A DNA stretch of 63,990 nt, the filler included, from Octopus bimaculoides (taxonomy: Eukaryota): NCBI RefSeq assembly GCF_001194135.2. It is 5 parts of 5 records of this genome, joined end to end, with 100 filler letters (N's around TTAATTAATTAA, not from the genome) between each part and the next. Parts side by side here need not be neighbours in the genome. Positions count along the whole stretch, not along the records: positions 32,781 to 61,761 come from NC_068988.1; positions 61,862 to 63,990 come from NW_026301995.1; 3 more parts are not named here. One strand, written 5' to 3'. Below, in pieces: positions 51,514 through 63,990 of this stretch (position 1 is its first letter; each line of letters opens with the position of its first letter). Below the pieces are notes generated by a model, which saw only the letters and a program-made list of their open reading frames with translations, was not told the DNA's origin and did no database searches. The position numbers were made by a program, and so were the translations under genes.

Positions 51514-52124
51514 TGCACACACATACACACATGTCCCACGGAAGTCAACTTTGTCAGTCATTTGTCCGCGGAGGATAAACTAAAGTACCTGTCAAATATT
51601 TGGAATCGATGTAATTAACTACCCCGCTCCCCGGACCTTCCTTTGAACATTTGTGACCTCGTACTTAGAGGATGAGATGTGATTTGGGACCAAACAGTTT
51701 CTCTGAGTTAAAAATAGCGTTTTATGAAGAAATCTAGGTCAGACGCGATATACATATCGCCAAAGTATAGTTGCTATTGAATTTCTTTGTCCATTGTTGA
51801 TTTATTCCATTAGTTATTGCTGAAATCCCTCATACGTGGAGTTAGATTAGGACTTAAAGGAATTGTAGCAGGTGTAATATAAGAACAGTTTTTAATGGAC
51901 AGAATTTCTTATATTCGCATTAAAACAGATTCATATATAAACTGTAAGACTCTAAAGTCTTAAACGTATCTTTATACATAACTACCTGCGTGCGTACATA
52001 CACATACAAACACTTATATACAAATATATGTCATATTGTATATACAACAACAAACAATTCAAATGATTTGTATAAACGTAGACATAGTGGTACACAGAGA
52101 GATACAAACATTTATATGCATATC

Positions 52125-52155
<31 letters not shown>

Positions 52156-52624
52156 CTATCTCTCTATCTATCTATCTATCTATCTATACACACACACACA
52201 CACACAAATTAAAATGTGTGAAAATACGTATACAAACTCATATACAGATATAAATACACAAAACATAAGCCTAAATATAGGCAAACATATATATTTAGAA
52301 TACGTGGACAGACACACATTGGAATGTAAGCCTTTCAACATAAATGTGCACCGATGCAAATATCACGCAAAGCATAAACGCATACAGAGATCAACATATA
52401 CATAGATATATATCCTGTATATCCACACGTCATACATAGACATACACATCGACACAACTTTATACAAATGAAGCTGGATTTTTATTGCTTCATCCATTTT
52501 ACTTTGGTGAGATGGAGAAAATCAATTCCTTGTTGAGTTATTTGTTAGCGATAACATTAGAACAGAGTTCCAGAATGGGCGCTGGTGTTGCAAGCTGATT
52601 AGAATGCACTTGTTTTAACCGAAG

Positions 52625-52963
52625 GGGCTCTGTTAAAGACCCCCTTTGGTTATGAATAACCATGGGATTGCACCGCGAAGGTTACCCTCCGAGGCACAAG
52701 TCTGGGCAAGGTTGTTTATGGAAAACCAGAAGTTGCCCATGCATACCGGCCTCCTCTCTCCACGCTATTGATGTTATCCAAGGGAAAGGCAAAGATGATA
52801 TACAGTTTGACACTAGTGATATTGCAGGTCATTTCTACAGTTGAGTGAACTGGAGCAACTTGAAATAAAGTGTCTTGCTCAAGAACACAACACGCAGCCC
52901 GGTCCGGAAATCGAACCAACAACCTCGTGATTGTGAGTCCCAGGCTTTAACCACTGAGCCATA
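52625..52963 (-). mobile_element. SINE with TTCTTGAGCAAGACACTTT core (V-domain-like, from recall)
   Basis: Reverse strand reads GGCTCAGTGGTTAAAG...GTGTTGTGTTCTTGAGCAAGACACTTTATTTCAAGTTGCTCCAG. A related copy lies at about 30315-30465. Confidence 0.65.
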
Positions 52964-53709
52964 CATATTTCCTGCTTAATAAAAATCCTAAAATTCTAAT
53001 CAAAAATACTTATTTCTGTCTAAATTGATCTTCTGTGAATTTACGACTGAGAATCAAGATACAGATTTTTTTTTTTTTTTTTTGATTAGAAAAATAAAAG
53101 ATCAACTAATCAGAAATTTCAAATGACGAAGGAATGCGCGCACGCGTGTCTCCGGTTGTGCTAATGACACATATTTATACATACATATACTCATACACAC
53201 ATACATATACACGCAGCACGCACTTACGCGCGCGCGCTCACACACGCACTGATGTCAATTTCTGTCTTTTTATATTGCTGTTGCTGCTCCCGACTAACCA
53301 TGATGAATTAAATCAATGATCTAAGGTAATCCATCCACGGCCCCCATCACCTATTATTTAGGTGTATGCACTGGCGGGGTATGCATGGATCTAAAGAAAT
53401 ATGAAGTGTGCAATAGCCAAACAGTTGAGTGGCAAATGGAAGAGAATGAAACTGGAATCACTGTTCTTCGAAAAAAAAAAAGAAAAAACACAACTCGATA
53501 ACAAGACAAATATTTTCACAACCATCACTCGGTGTATGTGTGAGTCTGTGTTAGTTTGTCTGTGTCGGCGTGTGTGTGTATAAAACCGTATGGGTGTGTT
53601 TATATATGTTTATATGTGTCTGTATATATATATCAACAAATATATATAAATGTATATTATTTACATTATTTACATTTGACGGATATTTGTCCTCATCTTG
53701 TTTGTTGTT

Positions 53710-53755
53710 AACACAACGTTTCGGCTGATATACCCTCCACCCTTCTTCGGGTGTC
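53710..53755 (-). ncRNA. minimal type I hammerhead-like motif with core substitution (CCGAAGA)
   Basis: Minus strand reads GACAC CCGAAGA A GGGTG GAGGGTATAT CAGCC GAAAC GTT GTGTT. Helix I is 5 bp; helix II is 4 of 5 paired. Confidence 0.6.
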
Positions 53756-53804
53756 TTGGGGAAATTTCAAACTTGGGTTCTCATTCCTAAGGTATTTTTC
53801 GATG

Positions 53805-53867
<63 letters not shown>

Positions 53868-53930
53868 ATTATTATCAGCTGTCCTACCCATGCATGCATG
53901 GAAGATGGACGATAAACGATGATGATGATA

Positions 53931-53973
<43 letters not shown>

Positions 53974-53996
53974 NNNNNNNNNNNNNNNNNNNNNNN

Positions 53997-54054
<58 letters not shown>

Positions 54055-54654
54055 GCAAAGTTGTATAAAATAGGTCACTAGTTGTCCTAGAGATGACCTA
54101 TATTTTACTCATATGTAAAGCAAAATATCGTAATTTTAATACAAAACACAATGCTCAATTACCCCACCCCCATCAAACACTAAATTCTAATAACCATCTA
54201 AATATATAAAGTGAAAAAAAAGAACATAAGCCATTATAGATTAATTAAAATCTCCAATTATAAACCACATTTATAACCTCATTTTTATAAATTGCTTCTT
54301 AATAACGCACCTATATAAACATATTTCACGTATTTATAAATATTTATATAATTTTACAAATTGCTCCAGCAGATAAACGGAGCCAGTAATTATTTCACAT
54401 TAGTTTGTTTGGAACACGTTTTGAACAGTTCGAACAGCTTTTTTTATAAGAGAGTTTTGAATACCATATCAGTGAGTTGGAATTGGGACAAGGAACCCGA
54501 AGTAGAGATTCGCCAAATCCTCTTCACGCTCACACACACATACACACACGTACAAATGCACATACATACATATATACTCTAACCTGTTTCAGCTTTAAGG
54601 CTTTGGTCATGCTGGGACACCACCATAGGCAGTGCTACACCATTATTTGACATA

Positions 54655-55227
54655 ATATATACGCATTTGGTGAATGAGAGAGTTTGATGCTGCTGCCCTC
54701 ATCTGTGGGGTAGGCTCATCTGCTGTGAGGTAAGCTCATCCGGAACGCTTGACAGGAGGAGATACAGTTTCGTTTTGAAGACACCTACATTCACACCATG
54801 CAGGTCTCCCGAGCATTTTGGAAGGTTATTGAAGAGCTGTGAGCCCTTGCAATCCAAGCTGTTGCAGTATCTGGTCCTGCATTTTGATGGTGATGCTGGG
54901 ATCATTCGCACTATATAGTGGCGTCCCATTTTGTTGCTTGTGACTTTCCATGCCAGAGTTTGGTACAAGGCCTTCCAGGATTTTCCAGATTTATATCACT
55001 GCATATCTTTCCGGCCTTGGTTCTAGAGGGAAGACTCTTAACTACTTCAACCTACCCCAGTATCTGATATGTTGTATTAAGACGATTTTCTTTGTGCAGC
55101 TTCGTTGGATTGCTTTGAGTTCCGCCGTTCATTTTATATTGTGTGCTGACCATATTTGGGAGCAATAATTCAAGCGGCTGAGGACTTATGACCTCCAAAG
55201 GACCATCATAGTTTCCTTTTCTTTCTC
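54655..55227 (-). mobile_element. CR1/L2-type LINE 3' fragment (second subfamily)
   Basis: LSRLNYCSQIWS...IQRSCTKKI...YWGRLK, VIYIWKILEGLVPN, GSQLFNNLPK...FKTKL...VPDE. Confidence 0.85.
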
Positions 55228-55370
55228 CTACACCTGGATGTGCCTCCAACAATAATAACTCTTTGCTAGAGTGGGCCATGATGCCCCATATATGACTAAA
55301 AGACTTCACCAGGTGGTGCTACTATGTTAGTCATGATCTGGGCCTATACTAGCCGAAACCTATCAAAGTT
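55228..55370 (+). mobile_element. 3' end of a LINE of the 46262-46980 family
   Basis: NNNSLLEWA-coding stretch and 3' UTR CCAGGTGGTG...CTGGGCC.ATACT.GCCGAAACCT.CAAAGT align with the reverse complement of 46262-46420. Confidence 0.75.
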
Positions 55371-56129
55371 ATATATATATATAACATATGTATTATAAAT
55401 ATATATATATATATATATATATANNNNNNNNNNNNNNNNNNNNNNNNNNNNNNNNNNNNNNNNNNNNNNNNNNNNNNNNNNNNNNNNNNNNNNNNNNNNN
55501 NNNNNNNNNNNNNNNNNNNNNNNNNNNNNNNNNNNNNNNNNNNNNNNNNNNNNNNNNNNNNNNNNNNNNNNNNNNNNNNNNNNNNNNNNNNNNNNNNNNN
55601 NNNNNNNNNNNNNNNNNNNNNNNNNNNNNNNNNNNNNNNNNNNNNNNNNNNNNNNNNNNNNNNNNNNNNNNNNNNNNNNNNNNNNNNNNNNNNNNNNNNN
55701 NNNNNNNNNNNNNNNNNNNNNNNNNNNNNNNNNNNNNNNNNNNNNNNNNNNNNNNNNNNNNNNNNNNNNNNNNNNNNNNNNNNNNNNNNNNNNNNNNNNN
55801 NNNNNNNNNNNNNNNNNNNNNNNNNNNNNNNNNNNNNNNNNNNNNNNNNNNNNNNNNNNNNNNNNNNNNNNNNNNNNNNNNNNNNNNNNNNNNNNNNNNN
55901 NNNNNNNNNNNNNNNNNNNNNNNNNNNNNNNNNNNNNNNNNNNNNNNNNNNNNNNNNNNNNNNNNNNNNNNNNNNNNNNNNNNNNNNNNNNNNNNNNNNN
56001 NNNNNNNNNNNNNNNNNNNNNNNNNNNNNNNNNNNNNNNNNNNNNNNNNNNNNNNNNNNNNNNNNNNNNNNNNNNNNNNNNNNNNNNNNNNNNNNNNNNN
56101 NNNNNNNNNNNNNNNNNNNNNNNNNNNNN

Positions 56130-56194
<65 letters not shown>

Positions 56195-56784
56195 CATACA
56201 TATTCATCTACATATATGCATATATATCATGTATACATACATATACACGCCATATTGTATAAATGCGTGTATGTGTCTTTTTGTGTGTGTATGTGTGTGC
56301 GTGTGCGTATGTGTGTGTGTGTGGTATAGTATTATATTGTATAATATATATAAGTAAAATATGGCTATGATGAATTTCAAGGATTATTAAATGTGACTAA
56401 ATATTTGCTACAACCAGATCACCAAAATCAAATACATACATACATACATACATATATACATACATCTATATTGCATTAGAAATGAACTTCAACCTTGCTT
56501 GCTTGCAATGTTACACATCCAAACCGGCGCATCGGAACGTCTCTCCCAACATCAAATAGAGAATCAGTGACCTAACTTTGCCTCCACGAAAGACTCCACC
56601 AACGTGCAGTATCCACCCACAGGAATAGGGAACAGGAGCAATGAATCTGCGGATGACAAAGAAAAGAGACAAGTGGGGACGGCGGACTGTAAAAGCATCT
56701 CGAGTGGCACCCAACGACTGGCTTTACTAGTTAAGGAAAATTGATGATGATGACGATGATATATATACAGAGAGAGGGAGAGAA

Positions 56785-56839
<55 letters not shown>

Positions 56840-57936
56840 TAATCAGATATGTTCTTTTCTTTCATTGTCAATCTATATTTTCCTTAATTTTGCTCCATTT
56901 TGAAATCCGGAATAGCAACGAAGTCAATAACGGGGTAATAGCAAAGAACAGCAATAAATACTAATGACACTTTAATTCTGCAGTGAAACAACATTTTTTT
57001 AACCAAAGCTTAGAGACGATCCAATATATCGTTCAGAAATGAAGAGACACTTTATTATTTTTTCTTTTTTCAAAACTAAATAACCCTGCATAAAGAAACA
57101 ATAATGGCCAAAAAAAGAAAAAAATATCAAAAAGAAATTCTGTCTCAAAAATTCCTCATAGGAAGGGATGGAAGCGCTGGTCTTAAATATTTCTCCGTTA
57201 TTTTCTCTATTTTATCTATGTTTTGTTTTACAAAATTTCGAGAAAATGAGATGTCATTTCCATTTTCTCTCTAACCTGTCTCGTTTACTTTCTCTCTTTT
57301 CACCGTTCTTTTATTAATTCTATACACGACTGAGGACACTTTGTTCCTCTGTATATATTTATGCATGCGTGTGCTTTATGTATGTATATGTGTGTGTATA
57401 CTTGCTTGCGTGTACATGCATGTATATAAATGTGTATGTTTATATACCACTGCTCAATTTTCACCCATGCATACTTATGCTATTGCACTCACACGCCTCT
57501 ACACATACACACAGACACGCACACAAACAGACACAAAAACATGCACACACACTTAGGTACACGCAATCATGAACAAAAATATTCCTTTTGAGCAAAACTT
57601 CTTTAATACGATATCCTTTAACTCCAAATGTTTGTTCTGAGCAACTTTTCTCTTGCTACATGACCTTAATGACCTGTCAGTGACACTCCGCAACTCGACC
57701 AGCTTAAAATGCATTGGAACTCTCTCTCCTTCTCTTTCTCTCTCCCTCTCTCTATCTCTCTCTCTGGAAACTGAGAGTAACAATGAATTTCCCGCTCTAG
57801 ACAACACAAAAACAAAATAAAATTGTATTCCATCGCCTTACCTTGGAAAATTCAAACTATTGATACCTGTAAAAAAACTAAACCCCTTCGTTATTTGCAA
57901 GCATTTTTTCTTTCCATCATTATTTGTATATATTAA

Positions 57937-58143
57937 AGGCGGTGAACAGACAGAACCGTTAACACACTGAACAAAATGCTTAGCGGCATTTCGTCCTTGT
58001 TTATGATCTGAGTTCAAATTCCGCTGGGGTCGACTTTGACTTTCATCCTTTTGGGGTCGTTAAAATGAGTACTATTTGAGCACTGGTGTCGATTCACATC
58101 GACTTACACCCAGTTCCCGAAAATTCAGGTCTATAATACAAAG
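57937..58143 (+). mobile_element. abundant SINE (same core), older copy
   Basis: GGCGGTGAAC...AAATGCTTAGCGGCATTTCGTC...GACTTTCATCCTTTTGGGGTCG. Confidence 0.75.
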
Positions 58144-58198
58144 GTTTATTATCACATACGTACACACAGTTGCACACACAGACACAGACACTGACAAG

Positions 58199-58430
58199 AA
58201 GGTGATCTGGCAGAAACGTTAGCACTCCGGGCGAAATGCTTAGCGGTATTTCGTCTGCCGCTACGTTCTGAGTTCAAATTCCGCCGAGGTCGACTTTGCC
58301 TTTCATCCTTTCGGCGTCGATTAAATAAGTACCAGTCACGCACTGGGGTCGATATAATCAACTTAATCCGTTTGTCTGTCCTTGTTTGTCACCTCTGTGT
58401 GTAGCTCCTTGTGGGCAGTAAAGAAATAAG
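58199..58430 (+). mobile_element. abundant SINE (same core), near full length
   Basis: Aligns end to end with 5001-5265, including the 3' TTGTGGGCAGTAAAGAAATAAG. Confidence 0.85.
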
Positions 58431-58739
58431 ACACGCGCGCACGCACGCACACACACATGCATACGTATTAGGCTGTGTATTACATGAGTGGGGGCAGTAC
58501 AATAGACATTTGTAATGCAAACACCATCTCGAGGTTCATTTCGAATGACAATGTGTTTGTCAAGATTTGCATTACAGGTATTGTATACCACCAAGAGGTT
58601 TGCGCCTGCTTATCTAAATCCGCCTACACACCTTGGATCGACTGGAGAACATAATCAAATGCATGTGTCCATTCAACTGTACCTCTCTTTGGTCGTTTTT
58701 GGTCTAACAGCCCAAAATTTGTATCCTAGTTTTTCAGAC

Positions 58740-60430
58740 TGCACCACTTTTAGAAGAACAGTGCAAAGGTGACATTGTCTGTTGCAGAGTTTATCTTTTT
58801 GAGTGTTTCTTGGTCTCTTAGCACTGCTATATTAATATCTTCATTCCCACTATTTTGCAGCCGTGTCTATCATTTCCTCTTCTTCTCTTCTGGGTTATGA
58901 GTTCCATTCCAGAAGGTGTGAAATTCTTTTTTTAGGGGAAGCAGTTATAGACGTCCAAGATTATTGTAATTTTGGTATGGTATTACTATGCATCTAATAA
59001 GCTGACCTGTCAACTCTTTTATTCCAGATTGAAGGAGATGACTTCGTCAGCACTTTGAACACGCTCTACCCTATCAATCCCTACTTGTCACAGTTGCATA
59101 GTTTACAGAATGTAATCGGGATGTGAAGACAATTTGGGATCAATTTTTGCAATAAATGCTTTTGTTAAACTGGACAAAAACACTACAGAAACTTATGGAA
59201 TACTCCTGACTGCTTATCGATTAACTTAAGCCGAGCACCTACTTTTTCCTAGCGCAACAGGTTCCGGGATCTTTTGAAGGTCTGGAGAAAATGGAAGCGG
59301 CGACAAGGGTCCTGGACACCTTCACTTTAGAGGATTTCTATGGCACCTTCACGAAGTGGCTGGAGTGCTACAACAGGTACATTGAAATCAAGGATATTAG
59401 AGTTTCGTACCCCTTTGAAATTAATGAATGTCACTCCTGAAAAGTCTCAAAACTTCTGTAATGCGGCTTGTACCAGTTCACGATATCCCTTTATCTTACT
59501 TGGTCATCTGCAAGGCTCTCCCAGCATTCTATTTTGATATCGAGTACTTTTATGGTCATCCTGCAGTTTCCCTTGTAGTGCAGCTGTTGATTCATAAAGA
59601 GCCACATCTCAATTTTCCTTAGTGAATATTCTTTAATATGCGTTTTTCCTTCATGCAGTGGACATGTCTCAACCAACGCAGTCTTCGCTACTTAAGCAGA
59701 GTATACATACTGGGAAGTTCAGCGTGGGACACTATTGTACCAGGATATAGCCAGGACACAGTCGTCTCTCCTGCCTTGATTTTGCAGTTCTGTACAGTAG
59801 TTTACTTCAGAGACAACCAGTGTCTTAATCGTCAATTACGGATTTGCTCACACTCAAAATGTATGTCGAACGTTGAAGCTATTTTCCTGATCCTATTGCA
59901 AATCTCCATGTCCAATGATAAAGTGCCAATGACGGTAGATCCAACATGTATTAACCGATAGACAACATCAAATTTGTACTCGTCGGTCCTGATAAACTAT
60001 AGTGCCTCCATGTCTTATCCCAGGACACACGTTTTCTTCAGAATGATGATCCTTGCAAACATCAGAGAAGCAGTGGCTGGGGGTCTGTGCCAGGTGTGGC
60101 TAGTAACTGCTGTAGACAGTATGACCCTGATAAATATTACACGTGCGTTGGCTCTGAAGCGAGACAGATGGAAGGGCCTGCTACTTCACATTGTTCTCTT
60201 GAAGATAACTCCCTACTGCGTTGCTGAAGACATGTTTCAAAGACATTTGCAAAGCAAAGAAGCTACACATTTTTGACAGTTTTGGTGGTCAAGCAATGTT
60301 CAGAAGAATCTTCAGAAGGGTTCGAGTGCATTTACTGTGCTCGGCGCTTTTCCTGGTGTTAGCGAAGGGAAGATCATATCTACCTGTCAGTCTGAAAAGC
60401 CGCAGTGTGATTCTGGGTTTATAAGATCTA
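58740..60430 (-). mobile_element. RTE-clade LINE remnant (RT to C-terminus), interrupted by a mariner
   Basis: PESHCGF, DMIF, SLDMEICNRIRKIAS.F, RRLRWLRHVHCM, IECWESLADDQVR and terminal CNRQCH. Heavily frameshifted. Confidence 0.75.
58898..59470 (+). mobile_element. internally deleted mariner (MITE-like) inserted into the RTE remnant
   Basis: N-terminal fragment FVKLDKNTTETYGILLTAY is joined to a C-terminal fragment (VLDTFTLEDF.GTFTKWLECY) that matches 12820-12960. Decayed TIRs with TA at 58896-58897 and 59471-59472. Confidence 0.7.
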
Positions 60431-61727
60431 CAGCCTCTGCAAATGGTTCAAGATGACCAATTGTGGAGGGAGATAATTCTGTAATTGTTGCAGTCGCATA
60501 AGATCTCGTTATTTTTATGATGCCAGTAATCCCCGTATCCCTCGTGACTACGTACATGTGCTGATGTAGGCACCCTCATACATTTGCATACACACCAATT
60601 TCAATATCAAAGCCTGAAGTAATTATGGGGTGTAAGTTTTCTCTAATCGAGGTATATTTTCAGCAACACAAGTTCGAAGAGAATAGAATACCATTCTTTT
60701 CTAAGATCATAGATTTGTCTTTCTCATTACATTCTTGAACTGTGTAATAGGAAAATAACAATCTAATATGAATAAATAGTTTTTATATTAAATGAATAGT
60801 ATTAAATAAATAACAATCCAACGATTGCTATACAGCTGATTAAATTGAAAGAAAGATGTAAAACATTAATAATTAATGTAAAAAATTTTAGATGTATCAT
60901 CTATCACGATTTAAATTGTGTATAATATTAATGTTATGGTTGGTAGATTATGAAATATACATTAGATACGAAAAGAACATAACTGTAAAACGTTATCAGC
61001 AAAAAACAAAAACTGCTTCTACTTCAGTGGAAATATATAAACTCTGTAAAATGTTAAGTCGAGCTGAAGAAGATCGACATAGAATGTTAGAAGAAAGCAT
61101 GTTCTTTGCTGTCGATTCAATGTAATTATATAACAACATTTAATATCGATGATAGACATCAGTGTTATAGAAATTGAAGAGATTTCAATTTTCTTATACA
61201 CAATATTCACGTTCTTCTTTTTTTTTTTTTAGATTCTGATCATACAAAAGTTGGTTTGCATAAAAAAGCAGTGAATTTTATATTTGTGTATGTATGTATG
61301 TATGTATGTATGTATGTACGTATGTATGTATGTGTGTGTGTATGTATGTAGGTATGTATCGTCTTTGTGTGTCTGTGTGCATGAATGTATGTATATGTAT
61401 GTATGTATTATATACGTGTATGTATTATATTGTGTACATACAAGCGTGTGTGTGTGCGTGTGTGGCCGTGTGTGTGCCTATTTATGTGTGTGTATGGATA
61501 TGATTTTGTAAAAGATAAATGGAAGAGAGAAGGAAATAAAACCAGAATCAAATGGTTCTGTATTATTGGTATATGAAAGAGAAAAAAGAAGAAAGTAGAG
61601 AAATTGTTAAAATGTTATTCCTTTTACAGGAGCAGATTGTAAGAAAACAAAGTAAAACTCCATCTAACCTTAGACGGAGAATTTTGTCGGAACATTTACA
61701 TCAATGGTAATCGTTTAGCATAACTGT

Positions 61728-61761
<34 letters not shown>

Positions 61762-61861
61762 NNNNNNNNNNNNNNNNNNNNNNNNNNNNNNNNNNNNNNN
61801 NNNNNTTAATTAATTAANNNNNNNNNNNNNNNNNNNNNNNNNNNNNNNNNNNNNNNNNNNN
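61762..61861. other. artificial assembly spacer N44-TTAATTAATTAA-N44
   Basis: Same 100 bp layout, 12-mer at 61806-61817. Confidence 0.95.
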
Positions 61862-63990
61862 TTGGAGGGTGAAGTCAGATCTCAGAAAATACTTAGTTCA
61901 ATTGAAGCGCATGGAAACCAAATAATCTACTTCACTGAAATTTCTAATATTGTATATAATCACATATATGAAATATTAAAGAAAGTTAATACAGATAATA
62001 TCAAGCCAAAATAATTAGCTCTATACAAGAACACAGAACAATTACCGGCGTCTTAGATTGCATTGTATTATATAGCATCTATAATTTGCTTTACCGTATG
62101 AAGTTCAGGTCGACACATCTGTAATAGATTATTTGAAATGCATAAAAGAAATTGTTAAGCTTCTTTCGTAGTTAATGCTTCGATGTAATTATAAACGTGT
62201 GTAATTAATGCCTGAGAGCACATGTCGCAATATACAGGTATTTATTTTATTTCATATTTAAAATGCTTCAAGTTCGATCCCTATATATTGCATTAAGGCC
62301 GTGTGCCTTTTATATTATACCGAGTAGCCTGAATTAAAATTAATTCATGGAATATAATTAGAAAACACGTTAAATGCACTCCAGCTGTTATTCTGTGATT
62401 CAGGCATACAAAAGAAATATCAAAATATTCCATATAAATTATTGCATTTCATTTTGAAAACTGATTGTTTTCGTTATAACTATACGTGCCCGTTCTTTCT
62501 TAATTTCTATATCATGCTATGAACCGTGATTTTCTGTTGACACTAATCTACATGTGTAACAATATGTATTTGTGTGTACGTAAATAGATATACACACAAA
62601 CAAACAAACGCATATACACACTCACATGCACACACACACATACAAAATATGTATGTATATGTATGGATGGATGTATATGCTTAAATTTTCACTTACGCAC
62701 TTAAAAAGGTACTAACAGCATACACCGCTCTGAGTCGATGGACCATTTCGTCGACGCTACCCAGTTCCGCCTAGTTTTTGATAACATTATGTTGAGAGTT
62801 TGAGAATCAGCCATTTGTACGATGCAAGGTTTGCAGTAAGAAAATAGTCATATTTTGCGCGATATGTAGTTAAGAATCTGGGAATTCCACTCAACTGTCA
62901 CCAATTACTGGGAAAGTGCTCTCTGAAAAGAGGAAAGTAAATAGTGGAATCAAGTGTATTTGGATTCAGAGTAGACACATACGGTAAAATCACCGCTAGC
63001 ACTCGTGTGTCCGACCAGCTCTGGCTTACCTACGTCTACGAGTAGTTGTACTACCTTGACTTAACACCTGTACAAATTTCTTGTTATAGTTTAGCGTATT
63101 TGCTCTACTGATACATAAGGTCTTGTCTGCGTTGTCCATCATACTTTGCTCAATTTATTACTGTTCACTTCTGTAATACCTTTTATATTTTCTGTAACAT
63201 TTGTGTGTAGATGAATGACAATACAAATGTCTACATGCATTTGTTGCATATAGCTATAGGGGCATATCTGTGGGGAGACGTATGTGTCTGTGCGTGTACG
63301 AGCGTGTGTGTGTTTCCGTATGTGCATTTACGTATAAATTTGAACGCGATTTCATATATTTAGGATGTTCATATTTTGAGAAATGTTTTCAAATACTTTT
63401 GGTTCATAGTTTTTTCACTTTAACTCTATCTTACTTTCTATTTACAGATTCTATGTGACCATATCTTCAATGGATTGCACTTTCAAGATTCATTTATTCT
63501 GTGTGACTTTATCTATTATGCGTTGTAGTTTTAGAAAGTTACATTACACTTCTCCGACGACTTAGATTTCTGCTTCTGACAACATGTAAACTTATTTAAT
63601 TTGGTAACATTTATTAAAGCTGACGAATGTCCAGTCATAAAGCATGTCTCGTTTCATTATATCCCACCACTTTACCGGGAAATAGTAAAACGGCATTGCT
63701 GGATATCATTGTAGCAGATACTACATGATTGGAAATAAGATATAACGTTACTAGTAGAATTTCTTTTCCGCATAGGTATCCGAATGGAGTATTGTTAAAC
63801 AACAACAAACTCCAAGGTGTTAAATCTATAGAATATAGTTGACGTATATCAGATAACACAAATTTGCACCCTTGTTTTCGATGGAAAAACAGATCGCTTA
63901 TTTCATATGTATGTGACATTTCGAAGCTAGATTTTGGTTCAAGAAAACAACGAGAAATTACATTGGAACAATCAAATATAGAGAATATAG

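Noticed and set aside
55330-55362. Hairpin followed by GAAAC as a fourth hammerhead
   Set aside because: No CUGANGA upstream; it is the LINE 3' UTR stem-loop.
58490-58895. Possible AP-endonuclease motifs (DINIAVL..ET, ITNVY)
   Set aside because: The upper part is better explained as the RTE C-terminus (CNRQCH), and the motifs are not in a coherent frame.
63029-63816. Micro-exon candidates in piece E (minus about 63029-63066 VLSQGSTTTRRR; plus from 63776 YPNGVLLNNNKLQG or VSEWSIVKQQQTP)
   Set aside because: Splice-like sites are present, but frames are ambiguous, strands conflict and no homology is recognised.

Overview
AT-rich, microsatellite-dense animal genomic DNA from a gappy draft assembly. 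The SINE families and simple-repeat load suggest an octopus or other coleoid cephalopod (inference from recalled repeat families, not a database match). Four identical artificial spacers (N44-TTAATTAATTAA-N44) split the window into five joined pieces: A 1-10835, B 10936-20236, C 20337-32680, D 32781-61761, E 61862-63990. The only well-supported host gene is a partial villin/gelsolin-family gene on the + strand in piece B. It has five phase-compatible exons at 14226-18168, which the ORF track largely misses; its 5' and 3' exons were not found. The rest is mainly mobile DNA: a Tc1-type remnant with a 36-residue D-to-E/D spacing, a TIR-complete D34D mariner carrying a frame-preserving 4x31 bp expansion, deleted mariners, two hAT MITEs with 8 bp TSDs, and R4/Dong, CR1-like, RTE and Penelope-like remnants. 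There are also several SINE families and three minimal hammerhead-ribozyme-like motifs. Piece C is strongly CpG-depleted relative to its neighbours and carries an orphan exon candidate. No convincing novel multi-gene system was found. Nearly all ORF-track entries are translations of microsatellites, gaps or decayed repeats. All translations and counts were done by hand; repeat boundaries without a TSD are approximate.
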